Virus record (IMG/VR): IMGVR_UViG_3300032245_001746
Span: 124,001-188,000 of that record
DNA length: 64,000 bases
Direction: 5' to 3' (one strand)
The notes under the pieces are model-generated. The model did not search any database. It was given only the letters and a program-made list of their open reading frames with translations, and was not told the origin of the DNA. The stretch's first letter is position 1. Each line of letters begins with the position of its first letter. Of the stretch, positions 29,180-39,175 are shown piece after piece. Both the position numbers and the translations under genes were made by a program.

Positions 29180-30019
29180 ATGATTAAAAATGATTATTTA
29201 ATATTAATATTTTTTTCGTTTTTGATTTGTGCAAGTTTTTTATACAAAAAAAATACACAAATACACAAACCAGAATTGTTGGATATATCAAAACTTAATC
29301 AAAAAATAAGTGATAATATAAACAATATTGATTTTAATAAAGATTTAATTACTTCTTACAATATTAAAAAAAATAATATTAATTCTATTTATTATGAAAA
29401 CATTTCTTCAACAATTAATGGAATCAATATAAACTCAGAACTTATATATGAAAAGCCTTTAAATTTTAGAATGATTTCTAAATCTATTTTTGGAATAGAA
29501 ACAGATGTTGGTTCAAATGACAATTTTTTTTGGTTTTGGTCTAAAAGAATTGAAAACAAACCTCTTTATTATTCTGATCATAAAAACTTAAAAAAAACTT
29601 ATTTAAGAACAATTTTTAATCCATCTTGGATGAGTGAAATTTTAGGTATAAATGAAATAACAAGTGGAAAATTATTGTCATATAACACAAATTATTTAGC
29701 AAATATACAAGAAGATGTTAACAATACAGGAAGAAAAATAATTAAAGTTAAATTAATTGATTTGCATAAAAACGCATTATTTGGAAGTTATATTTATAAT
29801 ATGTATGATGAAATCATGATTTCAGCAGAAATCGTAGAATATCATTTAATTGAAGATAATTATTATCCTAAGAAAATTGTTATTAATTGGTTTGAAGAAA
29901 ACATTCAAATGAATTGGAATATGTCTATTCCTAAAATAAATCAAAAATTTAACAAAAATAATTTTTTAATACCAAATATAAAAAACAAAATTGATTTAAA
30001 AGATTATAAATTAAGATAA
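29180..30019 (+). CDS. Secreted/membrane protein, possibly LolA/DUF4292-like
   Basis: N-terminal hydrophobic segment; DVGSND..FWFW, PKKI.I.W. Confidence 0.45.
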   Translation: MIKNDYLILIFFSFLICASFLYKKNTQIHKPELLDISKLNQKISDNINNIDFNKDLITSYNIKKNNINSIYYENISSTINGININSELIYEKPLNFRMISKSIFGIETDVGSNDNFFWFWSKRIENKPLYYSDHKNLKKTYLRTIFNPSWMSEILGINEITSGKLLSYNTNYLANIQEDVNNTGRKIIKVKLIDLHKNALFGSYIYNMYDEIMISAEIVEYHLIEDNYYPKKIVINWFEENIQMNWNMSIPKINQKFNKNNFLIPNIKNKIDLKDYKLR

Positions 30020-30669
30020 ATTTTTCCATCTATAATTTTTAGGTCTTTAATAACTTGATTTTCTATCATTCTTTTTAAACAAGAAATTGCTGAATTTAAA
30101 GTTTTATAATGATGAGGAACTGTTTTTAATATTTCTTTAAGACTTAAACCTGGATTTAATTTTACATATTCTATAATAGCATATGATGTTTTTTTAAATA
30201 ATGTCCACTGCCTGCCACCAACCTGACCCGCCTCAGCATAATTTTCAGCTTTTGGATCTAATAATTTATCTATTTTATCATAACGTCTTGTTGTAAATTC
30301 TGGATTTGAATAACAACTAACCATATGATGGTTATAATTAAACAATTTGTGTTTAACTAAAAATGTTCCAATATTAAATTTTTGTGCAACTTGTAGTCCG
30401 AAATTCTGATTTTTATTTCTAATATCTGGAATTCCTATATAGATTCCATCTACTAAATAACTTTTTTCATACGCTTGTGATAAAACTGTCAAATTAAATT
30501 GTTTTTTACATTCAATTCCAATAATTTTTAATTTACTTTTTGAAGTTTCTTCTTGTTTAGTGGCTACAATATCTATATCACATATTTCTGGATAAACCTT
30601 CCAGCCATTATTTTTTAAATATTTTACAATTTCTGTAGCTAATTCTTTTTCTGATTGCCATTTATTCAT
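30004..30669 (-). CDS. PD-(D/E)xK nuclease-like protein (MmcB-like)
   Basis: E.EL, VYPEI..DIVA..IGIECK..QA. Confidence 0.55.
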   Translation of the reverse strand: MNKWQSEKELATEIVKYLKNNGWKVYPEICDIDIVATKQEETSKSKLKIIGIECKKQFNLTVLSQAYEKSYLVDGIYIGIPDIRNKNQNFGLQVAQKFNIGTFLVKHKLFNYNHHMVSCYSNPEFTTRRYDKIDKLLDPKAENYAEAGQVGGRQWTLFKKTSYAIIEYVKLNPGLSLKEILKTVPHHYKTLNSAISCLKRMIENQVIKDLKIIDGKIYLNL

Positions 30670-30681
30670 GATTTAAATTAG

Positions 30682-30909
30682 TTAAATTCTACCTAGTTTT
30701 TTGAGCAAAATTTCTCTTCTTTGTTTTTCTCTTGCTCTGTCAGCACTAGACAATCCTGATATATTCTGCGAAGATAAAGATTGAACTGTATTAGAAGAAT
30801 TGTTTGTTCCACTAACATTTGTGCTGCTAATATTGATTCTATTAGAATTTCTAGAAATTCTATTTTGAATTACGTTTTTAACTTTGTTTCCACCACATCC
30901 ACATCCCAT
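30682..30909 (-). CDS. Small basic protein (MGCGCGG start)
   Basis: Strong AGGAGG RBS. Confidence 0.75.
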   Translation of the reverse strand: MGCGCGGNKVKNVIQNRISRNSNRINISSTNVSGTNNSSNTVQSLSSQNISGLSSADRAREKQRREILLKKLGRI

Positions 30910-30993
30910 AAAGCCTCCTGATTATATCTATTTAATCAAGCCGTTTTAGTTTTTTTTAATACAAAATACTATTTTAATTTAAGAAAGGTAATT

Positions 30994-32523
30994 ATGGTAA
31001 AATTAAATGAATTAGCATTACAATCATTAGATGTAAATACAGTTATCAATAACGCAGTAGACAAAGCTGAAGAGTTGATTAGAGGAGGACATATTCCTGA
31101 AACTGAACTTGTTGTTAATCAATTGTTAATAGTTGATCCTAAAAACATTAAAGGATTACAACTTAAAGGATTAATTGAATATAAAAAAGGAAATTATCAA
31201 GATTCAATTAGTTATGTAAATAAAGTAATAAAACTAGATCCTGATAATTCAGAAAACTATAATAATATAGCATTAGCTTATTTACATAGTGGACAACAAT
31301 TAAAAGCTTTTGAATGTTGCTCTAAAGCGTTAGAATTAAATGATAATAACTTTAATTACATTTGTAACTTAGCGTTAATTTTAAGATCACTTAATAAAAA
31401 TGAAGATGCTTTAAAATATTATAATAAAGCTTTATCTTTAGATTCAAATAATCCTATGGTTTGGGAGTCTATTGGATCTATTTATGGTCAGGAAAAAAAA
31501 TATGACTTGGCTATTGAGTGTTTTCTGAAAGCAATTGAGAAAAATTCTTCTTTTTTAGATTCTAGAATTGACTTGGCATATGCATATCATTTAACAGGAC
31601 AGTGGGAAAAAGCCTGGGATGAATACGAATATAGAATTCCTTATTGGAGAGAGCAAGGCAGAGGTCCTGGTGCATTTTTAAATTTTTACAAAGCAGAAAA
31701 AGCGTGGAATGGAAAAGATGATCTAAACAACAAGGTTGTAGTTGTTTTTTGTGAACAAGGTCATGGGGATTTAATTCAGTTTTTACGTTTTATACCTGAA
31801 TTAAAAGCTAAAGGATGCAAAGTAATTGTAGAAACATCAGAAAATACATTTAGTATTGTAAACAAATTTGCAGATGAAGTCAGAACTTATTTCAATACTG
31901 TTGAATATGATTATCATTGTTCTATTTTAAGTTTACCATATTTGTTGAATTTAAAAACGCCAGATAAGTTTAAATCTGATAAACCATATATTTTAGTTGA
32001 TGAAATATATGATATGTCAAATTATAAAGATACATTTAATATTGGAATTTGCTGGGCTGGTAATCCTGGACATCCAAATGATGCTTTAAGATCATGTCAT
32101 TTATCTAATTTTAGAGAATTATCTAAAATTCCAAAAGTTAAATTGTTTTCATTACAAAAAGATCTTTCAAAAAGAATTTATGCAAATATGCCAAATTTAG
32201 AAATAGATCTGGCAGATAATTGTCAGGATTTGAATGTTGTGGATACATCTGAATTGATGTCTGATTTTGAATCCACTGCAAAATTAATTAAATCTCTTGA
32301 TTTAATCATTACTGTAGATACTTCTGTATTGCATTTATCAGGAGCAGTTGGAGCAAAAACATTTGGTTTAATAGCACTTAATCCAGATTGGAGATGGACA
32401 AGTCAAGGTAGTACTAATGTTTGGTATGATTCTGTTGAATTAATCAGACAAAAAGATTTTAATAATTGGGATTCTGTTTTTGAAGAAATTTGTGAAAAAG
32501 TCAGAAAGTTAATTAATGAATAA
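30994..32523 (+). CDS. TPR-containing glycosyltransferase (GT9-like)
   Basis: N-terminal TPRs; EQG.GD.IQF.RF, IGICWAGNP.H.ND..RS, LDLIITVDTSV.HL.GA, DWRW. Confidence 0.9.
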   Translation: MVKLNELALQSLDVNTVINNAVDKAEELIRGGHIPETELVVNQLLIVDPKNIKGLQLKGLIEYKKGNYQDSISYVNKVIKLDPDNSENYNNIALAYLHSGQQLKAFECCSKALELNDNNFNYICNLALILRSLNKNEDALKYYNKALSLDSNNPMVWESIGSIYGQEKKYDLAIECFLKAIEKNSSFLDSRIDLAYAYHLTGQWEKAWDEYEYRIPYWREQGRGPGAFLNFYKAEKAWNGKDDLNNKVVVVFCEQGHGDLIQFLRFIPELKAKGCKVIVETSENTFSIVNKFADEVRTYFNTVEYDYHCSILSLPYLLNLKTPDKFKSDKPYILVDEIYDMSNYKDTFNIGICWAGNPGHPNDALRSCHLSNFRELSKIPKVKLFSLQKDLSKRIYANMPNLEIDLADNCQDLNVVDTSELMSDFESTAKLIKSLDLIITVDTSVLHLSGAVGAKTFGLIALNPDWRWTSQGSTNVWYDSVELIRQKDFNNWDSVFEEICEKVRKLINE

Positions 32524-33331
32524 AGTTTATTACAGAATAAGTGATAATAGTTATAAAAAAATAAAAATTCCTGGTACAAATAAACAGATATGTTTAATAA
32601 ATTTTTTATCTAATTTTCAAAATTTTGAAATTAACATTATTGCCGATAATGTTAATGATAATACTTTTGATTTTATTAAAAATTTATCTTTACAATATCA
32701 AAATGTAAATATTGAAAGAACTAATTACAGTAATGCTGGATCTTTTAATTATTGTTTAGATTTAGCTTTAATGAATGATTTTGAAACTGTTAATTATTTT
32801 GTTGAAGATGATTATATTCATAGAGAAAATTCTGAATTGTGTATTTTAGAGGGTTTAGAAAAATCTGATTATGTCACTTTGTTTGACCATCCAGATAAAT
32901 ATCAATCTGAATATCAATATGGAGAAACTTGTAAAGTTTTTAAAAGTAAAAATTATATTTGGAAAACTACAATTTCTACATGTATGACTTTTGCTGTTAA
33001 AACTAAAACTTTAAAAAAAGATTATGCTATTTTTAAACATTATTTGCATAATCAACAACATCCTAATGATCATTTGATCTTTTGTGATTTAAAATCAAAA
33101 GGAAGAACGCTTTCGCTCCCTTTACCAGGATTTGCATATCATACTGATTTAACTTATTTTAAGGATAAAAAGATATCAGATGATTTAATAGATTCTTGGG
33201 TTTTAAAAGAATCGCAAAATTTTTGTTTAATCTATCTAAATAAATATAAAAATTTAGATTTAGAAATTGAAAAAAATGAAAATTATAAGCAAAATTTATC
33301 AATGTTAGATATTGTTTTGTCTAATTATTAA
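32516..33331 (+). CDS. Glycosyltransferase (GT-A fold)
   Basis: IIADN, YFVEDDYIH, DHPDKY. Confidence 0.65.
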   Translation: MNKVYYRISDNSYKKIKIPGTNKQICLINFLSNFQNFEINIIADNVNDNTFDFIKNLSLQYQNVNIERTNYSNAGSFNYCLDLALMNDFETVNYFVEDDYIHRENSELCILEGLEKSDYVTLFDHPDKYQSEYQYGETCKVFKSKNYIWKTTISTCMTFAVKTKTLKKDYAIFKHYLHNQQHPNDHLIFCDLKSKGRTLSLPLPGFAYHTDLTYFKDKKISDDLIDSWVLKESQNFCLIYLNKYKNLDLEIEKNENYKQNLSMLDIVLSNY

Positions 33332-33403
33332 ATAAATTTGTTCTAAATTTATTTGTTTATTTACTATATATCAATATAGTTTCTTTGTAAAGAGGGAAAA
33401 ATA

Positions 33404-33661
33404 ATGAGAACATTTACTAAATGGTTAGAAGATCACAAATTAGAGTTACCAACATTTTCTGATGTTGAACAAAATTCTGGTAAAGATATAAGTGAAAAAG
33501 CATCTAAAAACTTTGGATTTAACTATCCTGCTGCATACAAACGTGGTCAATATATGGATGACGAAAATTCTCCATCACCTTACTTTATGTCAAAAACAGC
33601 AGACGCACTTTATAAAATGACAGCAAAACCAAGAAAAGAAAAAGATACTGCTGCAAACTGA
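33404..33661 (+). CDS. Small protein with leader
   Basis: MRTFTKWLE; GAGG RBS; own terminator. Confidence 0.75.
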   Translation: MRTFTKWLEDHKLELPTFSDVEQNSGKDISEKASKNFGFNYPAAYKRGQYMDDENSPSPYFMSKTADALYKMTAKPRKEKDTAAN

Positions 33662-33681
33662 TTAAAAATAAATTTTTATTA

Positions 33682-33721
33682 AAAAAATAAAAGCGATTAA
33701 TTATAATCGCTTTTATTTTTT
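33682..33721. terminator. Bidirectional terminator
   Basis: 18-bp arms AAAAAATAAAAGCGATTA/TAATCGCTTTTATTTTTT between convergent genes. Confidence 0.8.
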
Positions 33722-33722
33722 A

Positions 33723-34052
33723 CTAATTTTTCTTATCTATTCTTTTGTTTTGATCTATTTTTGATATAGATTTTGGTTTTTTTGGCACTAATTCTGGAAC
33801 TCTTTCCCAATATGCAAATTGATCTTCTACTTTAGGATTTTGAAAAATCATTCCTTTATTATAATATTTTTGAATTATTTGCTCTGTTCTTACAATTGAT
33901 AAATTTGATTCTTTAGATAAAGCTGAAACGGATCTCCAAATATATTTGGGATGTCTAGCCAATGCAATAAAGAATCTTTGTTCTTCATCACCTTCTGTGG
34001 TTCCTTGAAGATAAACATCTATCCATTTCTTTGGAGAATAGTTATTATTCAT
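33723..34052 (-). CDS. Hypothetical protein (possible winged helix)
   Basis: WRSVSALSKESNLS. Confidence 0.65.
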   Translation of the reverse strand: MNNNYSPKKWIDVYLQGTTEGDEEQRFFIALARHPKYIWRSVSALSKESNLSIVRTEQIIQKYYNKGMIFQNPKVEDQFAYWERVPELVPKKPKSISKIDQNKRIDKKN

Positions 34053-34121
34053 ATTTGTCCTTTATAAAAGTTTTCTCTTTACTATGATATTTATATTTAT
34101 CATTTTAGTCAAGGAAAAAAC

Positions 34122-34589
34122 ATGAAACCTGTTATAAAAAGAAAACAAAATAAATCAGTAAGAGATAAATCTTCTACTTTTAAAGAAAATTCATTTAAAG
34201 GAAGTGGTTTGTATTTATTTAAAAATCACAAAAAATCAGAATTAATATTGCCAAAGCCAACTAAAGATGGCATAAATAATATACAAAGTGGACAAACTTG
34301 GGAAGGAGATGATTATTACTTTTGTTTAGTAAGATCAAATTTAGCTCAATTGGTAAGACAAGTTAAATCGCCCGAAGAACTCGAAAAAATTAAAGAGGAA
34401 AATATTATGGAAGAAAAATTAATTTTAGAACAAGATCCTTTTGTTACCGAAGAAGGTACAATTGAACACGTAGTCGTAAATCAAGAAACACAACTTCAAG
34501 AAACAAATGTGAAAAAAGGTGGAAGACCAAAGAAAGATAAAAAAGTTTTAATTACAGATAAAATTGATTCTGGAATTGAAATTTTCTAA
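34122..34589 (+). CDS. Hypothetical protein
   Basis: AAGGA RBS; 155 aa. Confidence 0.7.
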   Translation: MKPVIKRKQNKSVRDKSSTFKENSFKGSGLYLFKNHKKSELILPKPTKDGINNIQSGQTWEGDDYYFCLVRSNLAQLVRQVKSPEELEKIKEENIMEEKLILEQDPFVTEEGTIEHVVVNQETQLQETNVKKGGRPKKDKKVLITDKIDSGIEIF

Positions 34590-34599
34590 AAAAAATCAA

Positions 34600-34629
34600 G
34601 TTTACAAAAAAATAGATTGAGAATACAAT
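34600..34629 (+). promoter_or_regulatory. T4-early-like sigma70 promoter
   Basis: G-TTTACA-N17-TACAAT; the -10 lies in the loop of an AGATTGAGAA/TTCTCAATCT hairpin. Confidence 0.6.
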
Positions 34630-34663
34630 TTGAGGTTCTCAATCTTTTTTTTTGGACTTACCA

Positions 34664-35980
34664 ATGAGCAAATTAGTAGTTGAAGTTTGTCAAATTTCAA
34701 AAGTTTCTTCTCACCCTAATGCAGATAAACTTGATGTAATTCAAGTTAAAGGCTGGGATACAATTGTTTCAAAGGGTACGTTTAAAGAAGGTGATAAATG
34801 CATATTTTTCCCTCCAGATTCTGTACTTCAACCAGAACTTTATAATTCCCCAAATGATCCTATCACACCTGGAAGATTAAATAATTCAAATTATTTAAAA
34901 ACATTACCAACTGATTTTGAGGGAAATAAACCTAGTGGCAAAAGAGTTACTGCTTGTCGTCTAAGAGGCTCTGTGTCTTATGGATTGGCAATTCCTCTAG
35001 ATTTAAATTATGGCGATTTAGATTGGGATGTAGGCACTGATGTTTCTGAATTTTTTAAAGTAACTAAATACGAGCCACCAGTTGAATCTGTAATGGGCGA
35101 ATGTGAAAAGTTTAATTCAAGATTTTATCCATATAAAAGCATCGAACATTATGCTAATTTTACAGATCTATTTCAAGATGAAGAAGAAGTAATTTTTACC
35201 GAAAAGGTGCATGGAACCAATTCTAGAGTTGGATTAATTTTAGAACCAGACTCAACAGGAAATTCACAATGGACCTATGCCGCAGGTTCTCATTCTGTTA
35301 GAAGAAAAGAGTTTTCCAACATTGAAACCAGAGTTTTAGCTTCAAAACTTGAAGAAAAAAACATTAAAATTCTTAAAAAAGATGACGTTTCTTATTTTAA
35401 AGATGAAAATGGTATTTTTTGGATGATAAATCAAGAGATAATATCAGATATTGGTATGAAATATCAAGTCGTTCAAGTCAATTCAGATTTTGAATTGATT
35501 AAACGTAAATCTGATTATTGGTTACCATTAACAGAAAATATGAAAAATTTATTGAATTATTTAAAAGATAATTTTAAAACTGAAGAAACAATGCACTCTA
35601 TAATGATTTATGGAGAAATATACGGATTTGGAGTTCAAGATATGTGTTATGGTTTAAATCGTAAATCATACAAAGCTTTTGATATTGCTATTAATAATAT
35701 TTATCTTGATTATGATTATCAAATTGAATTATTTAATAAGTTTAACATTGAAGTTGTTCCTGTATTATATAGAGGACCATTTAGTCAAGAAAAAGTTAAA
35801 GAGTTTACTACTGGACCTACAACCATTTGTGATACAAAAAATGCTGGAAAATTTAAAGGAAGAGAAGGAATTGTGATTAAATCTGTTATTGAAAATAAAA
35901 TGTTTAACAAACCTAGAAAAATAGCAAAATCTGTTTCTGCTGATTATTTGTCAAGAGAAAATGGAACAGAGTTTCACTAA
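34664..35980 (+). CDS. RNA ligase (DRB0094/Rnl2-like with N-terminal OB domain)
   Basis: HPNADKL, RLRG..S.GL, TEKVHGTN (motif I), YGEIYG, AFDI, REGIVIK. Confidence 0.9.
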   Translation: MSKLVVEVCQISKVSSHPNADKLDVIQVKGWDTIVSKGTFKEGDKCIFFPPDSVLQPELYNSPNDPITPGRLNNSNYLKTLPTDFEGNKPSGKRVTACRLRGSVSYGLAIPLDLNYGDLDWDVGTDVSEFFKVTKYEPPVESVMGECEKFNSRFYPYKSIEHYANFTDLFQDEEEVIFTEKVHGTNSRVGLILEPDSTGNSQWTYAAGSHSVRRKEFSNIETRVLASKLEEKNIKILKKDDVSYFKDENGIFWMINQEIISDIGMKYQVVQVNSDFELIKRKSDYWLPLTENMKNLLNYLKDNFKTEETMHSIMIYGEIYGFGVQDMCYGLNRKSYKAFDIAINNIYLDYDYQIELFNKFNIEVVPVLYRGPFSQEKVKEFTTGPTTICDTKNAGKFKGREGIVIKSVIENKMFNKPRKIAKSVSADYLSRENGTEFH

Positions 35981-35989
35981 AGGAAAAAT

Positions 35990-36391
35990 ATGAAATTAGA
36001 ATCTTTTGGAACTTTACTTTATAGAAAAATTAATTCAAAAATAGAAGTTTTACTTGTACACCCATCAGGAAAGTCAGATCAAGCATGGTCTATTCCAAAA
36101 GGAAATAAAAATGATGGTGAAAAAGGAATCGAAGCAGCAGTAAGAGAAACTTTGGAAGAAACTGGAGTTTCAATCAACATTGAAGATTTACATTCATTTG
36201 GTTATGTTGTATATAAATCAAAGAAAGTCGTTCATTGTTATGCGGCTGAAGTGGGTCCAGAAATAAAACCAATTTGTAATTCTTGGGAAGTTGATAAAGC
36301 AGAATTTGTTGAAATAAATAAAACTTTAACAATTATTCATAAAAAACAAGCAGAATTTATTTCTAAATTAATACAACAATTGAAAGTTTAA
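35990..36391 (+). CDS. NUDIX hydrolase
   Basis: PKG.....E....AAVRETLEETG Nudix box; VLLVHP, EVDKAEF. Confidence 0.92.
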   Translation: MKLESFGTLLYRKINSKIEVLLVHPSGKSDQAWSIPKGNKNDGEKGIEAAVRETLEETGVSINIEDLHSFGYVVYKSKKVVHCYAAEVGPEIKPICNSWEVDKAEFVEINKTLTIIHKKQAEFISKLIQQLKV

Positions 36392-36395
36392 AATC

Positions 36396-37400
36396 ATGAA
36401 AATCAAAAAAGATTCTCTCGGAGACAGAATCAAATATTATGAGTCGTTTTGTACAAACACAAGATTATATCATACTATTCCAATTATTATAAGACTTGAT
36501 GGGTGCTCGTTTCATGTCTTTACGAAAGGTTTAAATAGACCATTTGATGAAAGACTTTCTCATTGTATGTTAGAAACAACAAAATTTCTTTGCAAAGAAG
36601 TTAATGCAACTATTGGATATACTCAATCTGACGAAATAACTCTTGTTTTAGGTACTCAAAATTTTGATAGTAAAGTATACTTTGATGCTAAACTTTTTAA
36701 ATTAACTTCTGTTTTAGCTTCTAAGGCAACAGTTAAATTTAACGAGTTGATACGTCAAAATTTACCAGAAAAAGCAAGTAAAAATCCAGTATTTGATTGC
36801 AGGATTTTTAACGTTCCTTCAGAAGAAGAGGCTATTAATTGTTTAATTTGGCGTCAAAATGATGCTAAAAGAAATGCTATTTCAATGGCAGCACAAGCAA
36901 AATTTTCTCACAAAGAATTGCATGGTAAATCTTCTAAGCAAATGTTGGAGATGTTAGAAGCTAAAAATGTTGATTTTAAAAAGTATCCAGGATTTTTCAA
37001 AAATGGAGTTTTTGTTAAAAAGAAAACTTTAACATTCTTAAAAGAATGTTTTGTTAAAATAAATCCAGACAACCTTGTTGTATCCAATAATAGTTTAACT
37101 TCTATTAAAGATTATAGATGGTATATTGAGGAAATTAATTCTAAAAAGTCTATAATTAGATACTCAGATGGATCAATTAATTTAAGTTCTGTAGCTGTAA
37201 CTTATTTAAAATCAGAACAAGAAGCTGAAGATTTAAAAAACTTTATATCTAATGTTTGTGCTAAATTTAGTTTAGAGGATTCTCCAGAATCTTTTACAAG
37301 AAATAATTGGGAAAATGTTTTTGAAGATTTAGAATTATCAAATCTTGAAAACAGAGTTGATTTTGTTTACCGAAACACTGATCCAATTTTTAAAAAGTGA
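36396..37400 (+). CDS. tRNA(His) guanylyltransferase Thg1-like
   Basis: IRLDGCSFH.FT, YTQSDEITL, FDCR, WRQ.DA.RN.I. Confidence 0.92.
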   Translation: MKIKKDSLGDRIKYYESFCTNTRLYHTIPIIIRLDGCSFHVFTKGLNRPFDERLSHCMLETTKFLCKEVNATIGYTQSDEITLVLGTQNFDSKVYFDAKLFKLTSVLASKATVKFNELIRQNLPEKASKNPVFDCRIFNVPSEEEAINCLIWRQNDAKRNAISMAAQAKFSHKELHGKSSKQMLEMLEAKNVDFKKYPGFFKNGVFVKKKTLTFLKECFVKINPDNLVVSNNSLTSIKDYRWYIEEINSKKSIIRYSDGSINLSSVAVTYLKSEQEAEDLKNFISNVCAKFSLEDSPESFTRNNWENVFEDLELSNLENRVDFVYRNTDPIFKK

Positions 37401-37446
37401 TTTACAATTGACACTGATTGCAAATAGAGTAGTTTGCAATCAGTGT
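37401..37446 (+). promoter_or_regulatory. Hairpin overlapping sigma70-like promoter upstream of nicotinamidase
   Basis: 14-bp arms ACACTGATTGCAAA/TTTGCAATCAGTGT; TTGACA at 37408 and TTTACA at 37401. Confidence 0.55.
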
Positions 37447-37470
37447 TTTGTTTTTATTAAAGGGTTTAAA

Positions 37471-38346
37471 ATGAGAAAAATAGATTTGGTAATTATTGAT
37501 CCGCAAAATTCATTTTGCAAAGTTGTTCCACAAGCAGATCAACAAGTTATCCATGATGGAGAACTCTGTGTTCCTGGTGCGTGGGAAAGTATGGCAGTTA
37601 GATTGCCAAAAATGATTGAAAAATCAAAAAAAATGTTTAAGTCAATTAGTGTTACTTTGGATAGCCATAATCCATTCCATATTGCACACCCTTGCTTATA
37701 TAAAGATTCAAAGGGAAATCAACCATCACCATTTACCATCATGCGACAAGAAAATGGTTCAATTATTGGTAGCGTGTTTAATGCATCAACCAATCAATTT
37801 GTTGATGTGGGAGAATATTTTGGTATTAAACCAAGTCTTCACAAAATAATTGTTGAATATTTGATTAAGCTTAAAGCTTTAAACAAATTTCCACATTGTA
37901 TTTGGCCACCACACTGTTTAATTGGAACTTCTGGTCATAATGTTGTACAACCTCTTGCACAAGCTTTGTTTGACTGGACCCAAAGAACAATTGCAAATGT
38001 TGATTATGTTACAAAAGGATCAAATCCTTTCGTTGAACATTTTTCTGCTGTTAAAGCAGAAGTAGAAGATCCGGGAGATCTATCAACACAATTGAATACA
38101 GATTTCATTAAGAAACTCGATGAATCTGACGAGATTGTGTTTGCTGGTGAGGCAAGAAGTCACTGTTTAAATAACACGGTTCGAGATATTGTAGATTCGT
38201 TTTCTGATGATTCTTTCGTTAAGAAATGCGTGTTGCTTCTTGACGCTTGTGATGACGTGCCTGGATTTGAATCATACGGAGAATCTTTTGTTAAAGATAT
38301 GACGGCACGTGGTATGAGAGTTGCTCAAACTACTGATTATGTATAA
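37471..38346 (+). CDS. pncA: Nicotinamidase (long isochorismatase family)
   Basis: IIDPQNSF, LDSH, WPPHC, TKG, AGEA.SHC; start moved to ATG 37471. Confidence 0.8.
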   Translation: MRKIDLVIIDPQNSFCKVVPQADQQVIHDGELCVPGAWESMAVRLPKMIEKSKKMFKSISVTLDSHNPFHIAHPCLYKDSKGNQPSPFTIMRQENGSIIGSVFNASTNQFVDVGEYFGIKPSLHKIIVEYLIKLKALNKFPHCIWPPHCLIGTSGHNVVQPLAQALFDWTQRTIANVDYVTKGSNPFVEHFSAVKAEVEDPGDLSTQLNTDFIKKLDESDEIVFAGEARSHCLNNTVRDIVDSFSDDSFVKKCVLLLDACDDVPGFESYGESFVKDMTARGMRVAQTTDYV

Positions 38347-38365
38347 TTTATAGAAAGGCATAGAA

Positions 38366-39091
38366 ATGTCTAGTGAAAATTTAAGTTCAGGTTTAGATTT
38401 AAATAAAGGTAAAACTTTTAATTTTTCTTCCACAAATATTAATGATCTAGGAGCAGACAGTTATACGCTTGTAACAATAGCTGTCGATACAAGCGGAAGC
38501 ACTTCTTGTTTCATTGATAAAATGGAAAAATTACTTAAAGAAATTGTAAGAGCATGCTCTTTAGATCCAAGAGCAGACAATTTAATGATAAGAATTGTCA
38601 CATTTGATTCACAAGTTTCTGAATTGCATGGCTTTAAACTTTTATCCTCTATCAATCAAGACGATTATCAAGGATCTTTAAGATCAGGCGGAATGACAGC
38701 ATTAAATGATGCTTCTGTCAATTCGATTGAAGGTATCAATAAATATGGAAGAGATTTGCTCGAAAAAGAATTTGGAGTAAACGGATTTTTTATCTGTATA
38801 ACAGATGGTCAAGATAATCAATCGGCTTTACCAGCCTCACGAGTTGCATCTTCTTTAAAAGAATCTGTCAATGGAGAAAACTTGGAATCAATGCTTTCAA
38901 TTTTAATTGAACTTGGTGATTCGACTGAATTGGACAGATTCTACAACGAAGTAGGATTTGATCAACATGTTAAAATTGAAGATGTAACCGAGTCTTCTTT
39001 TGCAAAACTTGCTGGATTTATTAGTAAATCAATCAGTAGTCAAAGCCAAGCCTTAAACAGTGGAGGACCAAGTAAGCCTCTTACATTTTAA
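38366..39091 (+). CDS. VWA domain protein (TerY-like)
   Basis: MIDAS DTSGS, T.L.DA, ITDG.DN.S. Confidence 0.85.
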   Translation: MSSENLSSGLDLNKGKTFNFSSTNINDLGADSYTLVTIAVDTSGSTSCFIDKMEKLLKEIVRACSLDPRADNLMIRIVTFDSQVSELHGFKLLSSINQDDYQGSLRSGGMTALNDASVNSIEGINKYGRDLLEKEFGVNGFFICITDGQDNQSALPASRVASSLKESVNGENLESMLSILIELGDSTELDRFYNEVGFDQHVKIEDVTESSFAKLAGFISKSISSQSQALNSGGPSKPLTF

Positions 39092-39175
39092 TTTTTGTAA
39101 ATAATAAATGTTATTACTCAGATATCTTATCAGATTCAACTATATAAAATTATATAATTTGATAAGGAGTTTAAT

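Noticed and set aside
37345-37470. N-terminal extension of the nicotinamidase in the ORF track
   Set aside because: Overlaps Thg1 and a promoter/hairpin; family motifs begin at ATG 37471.
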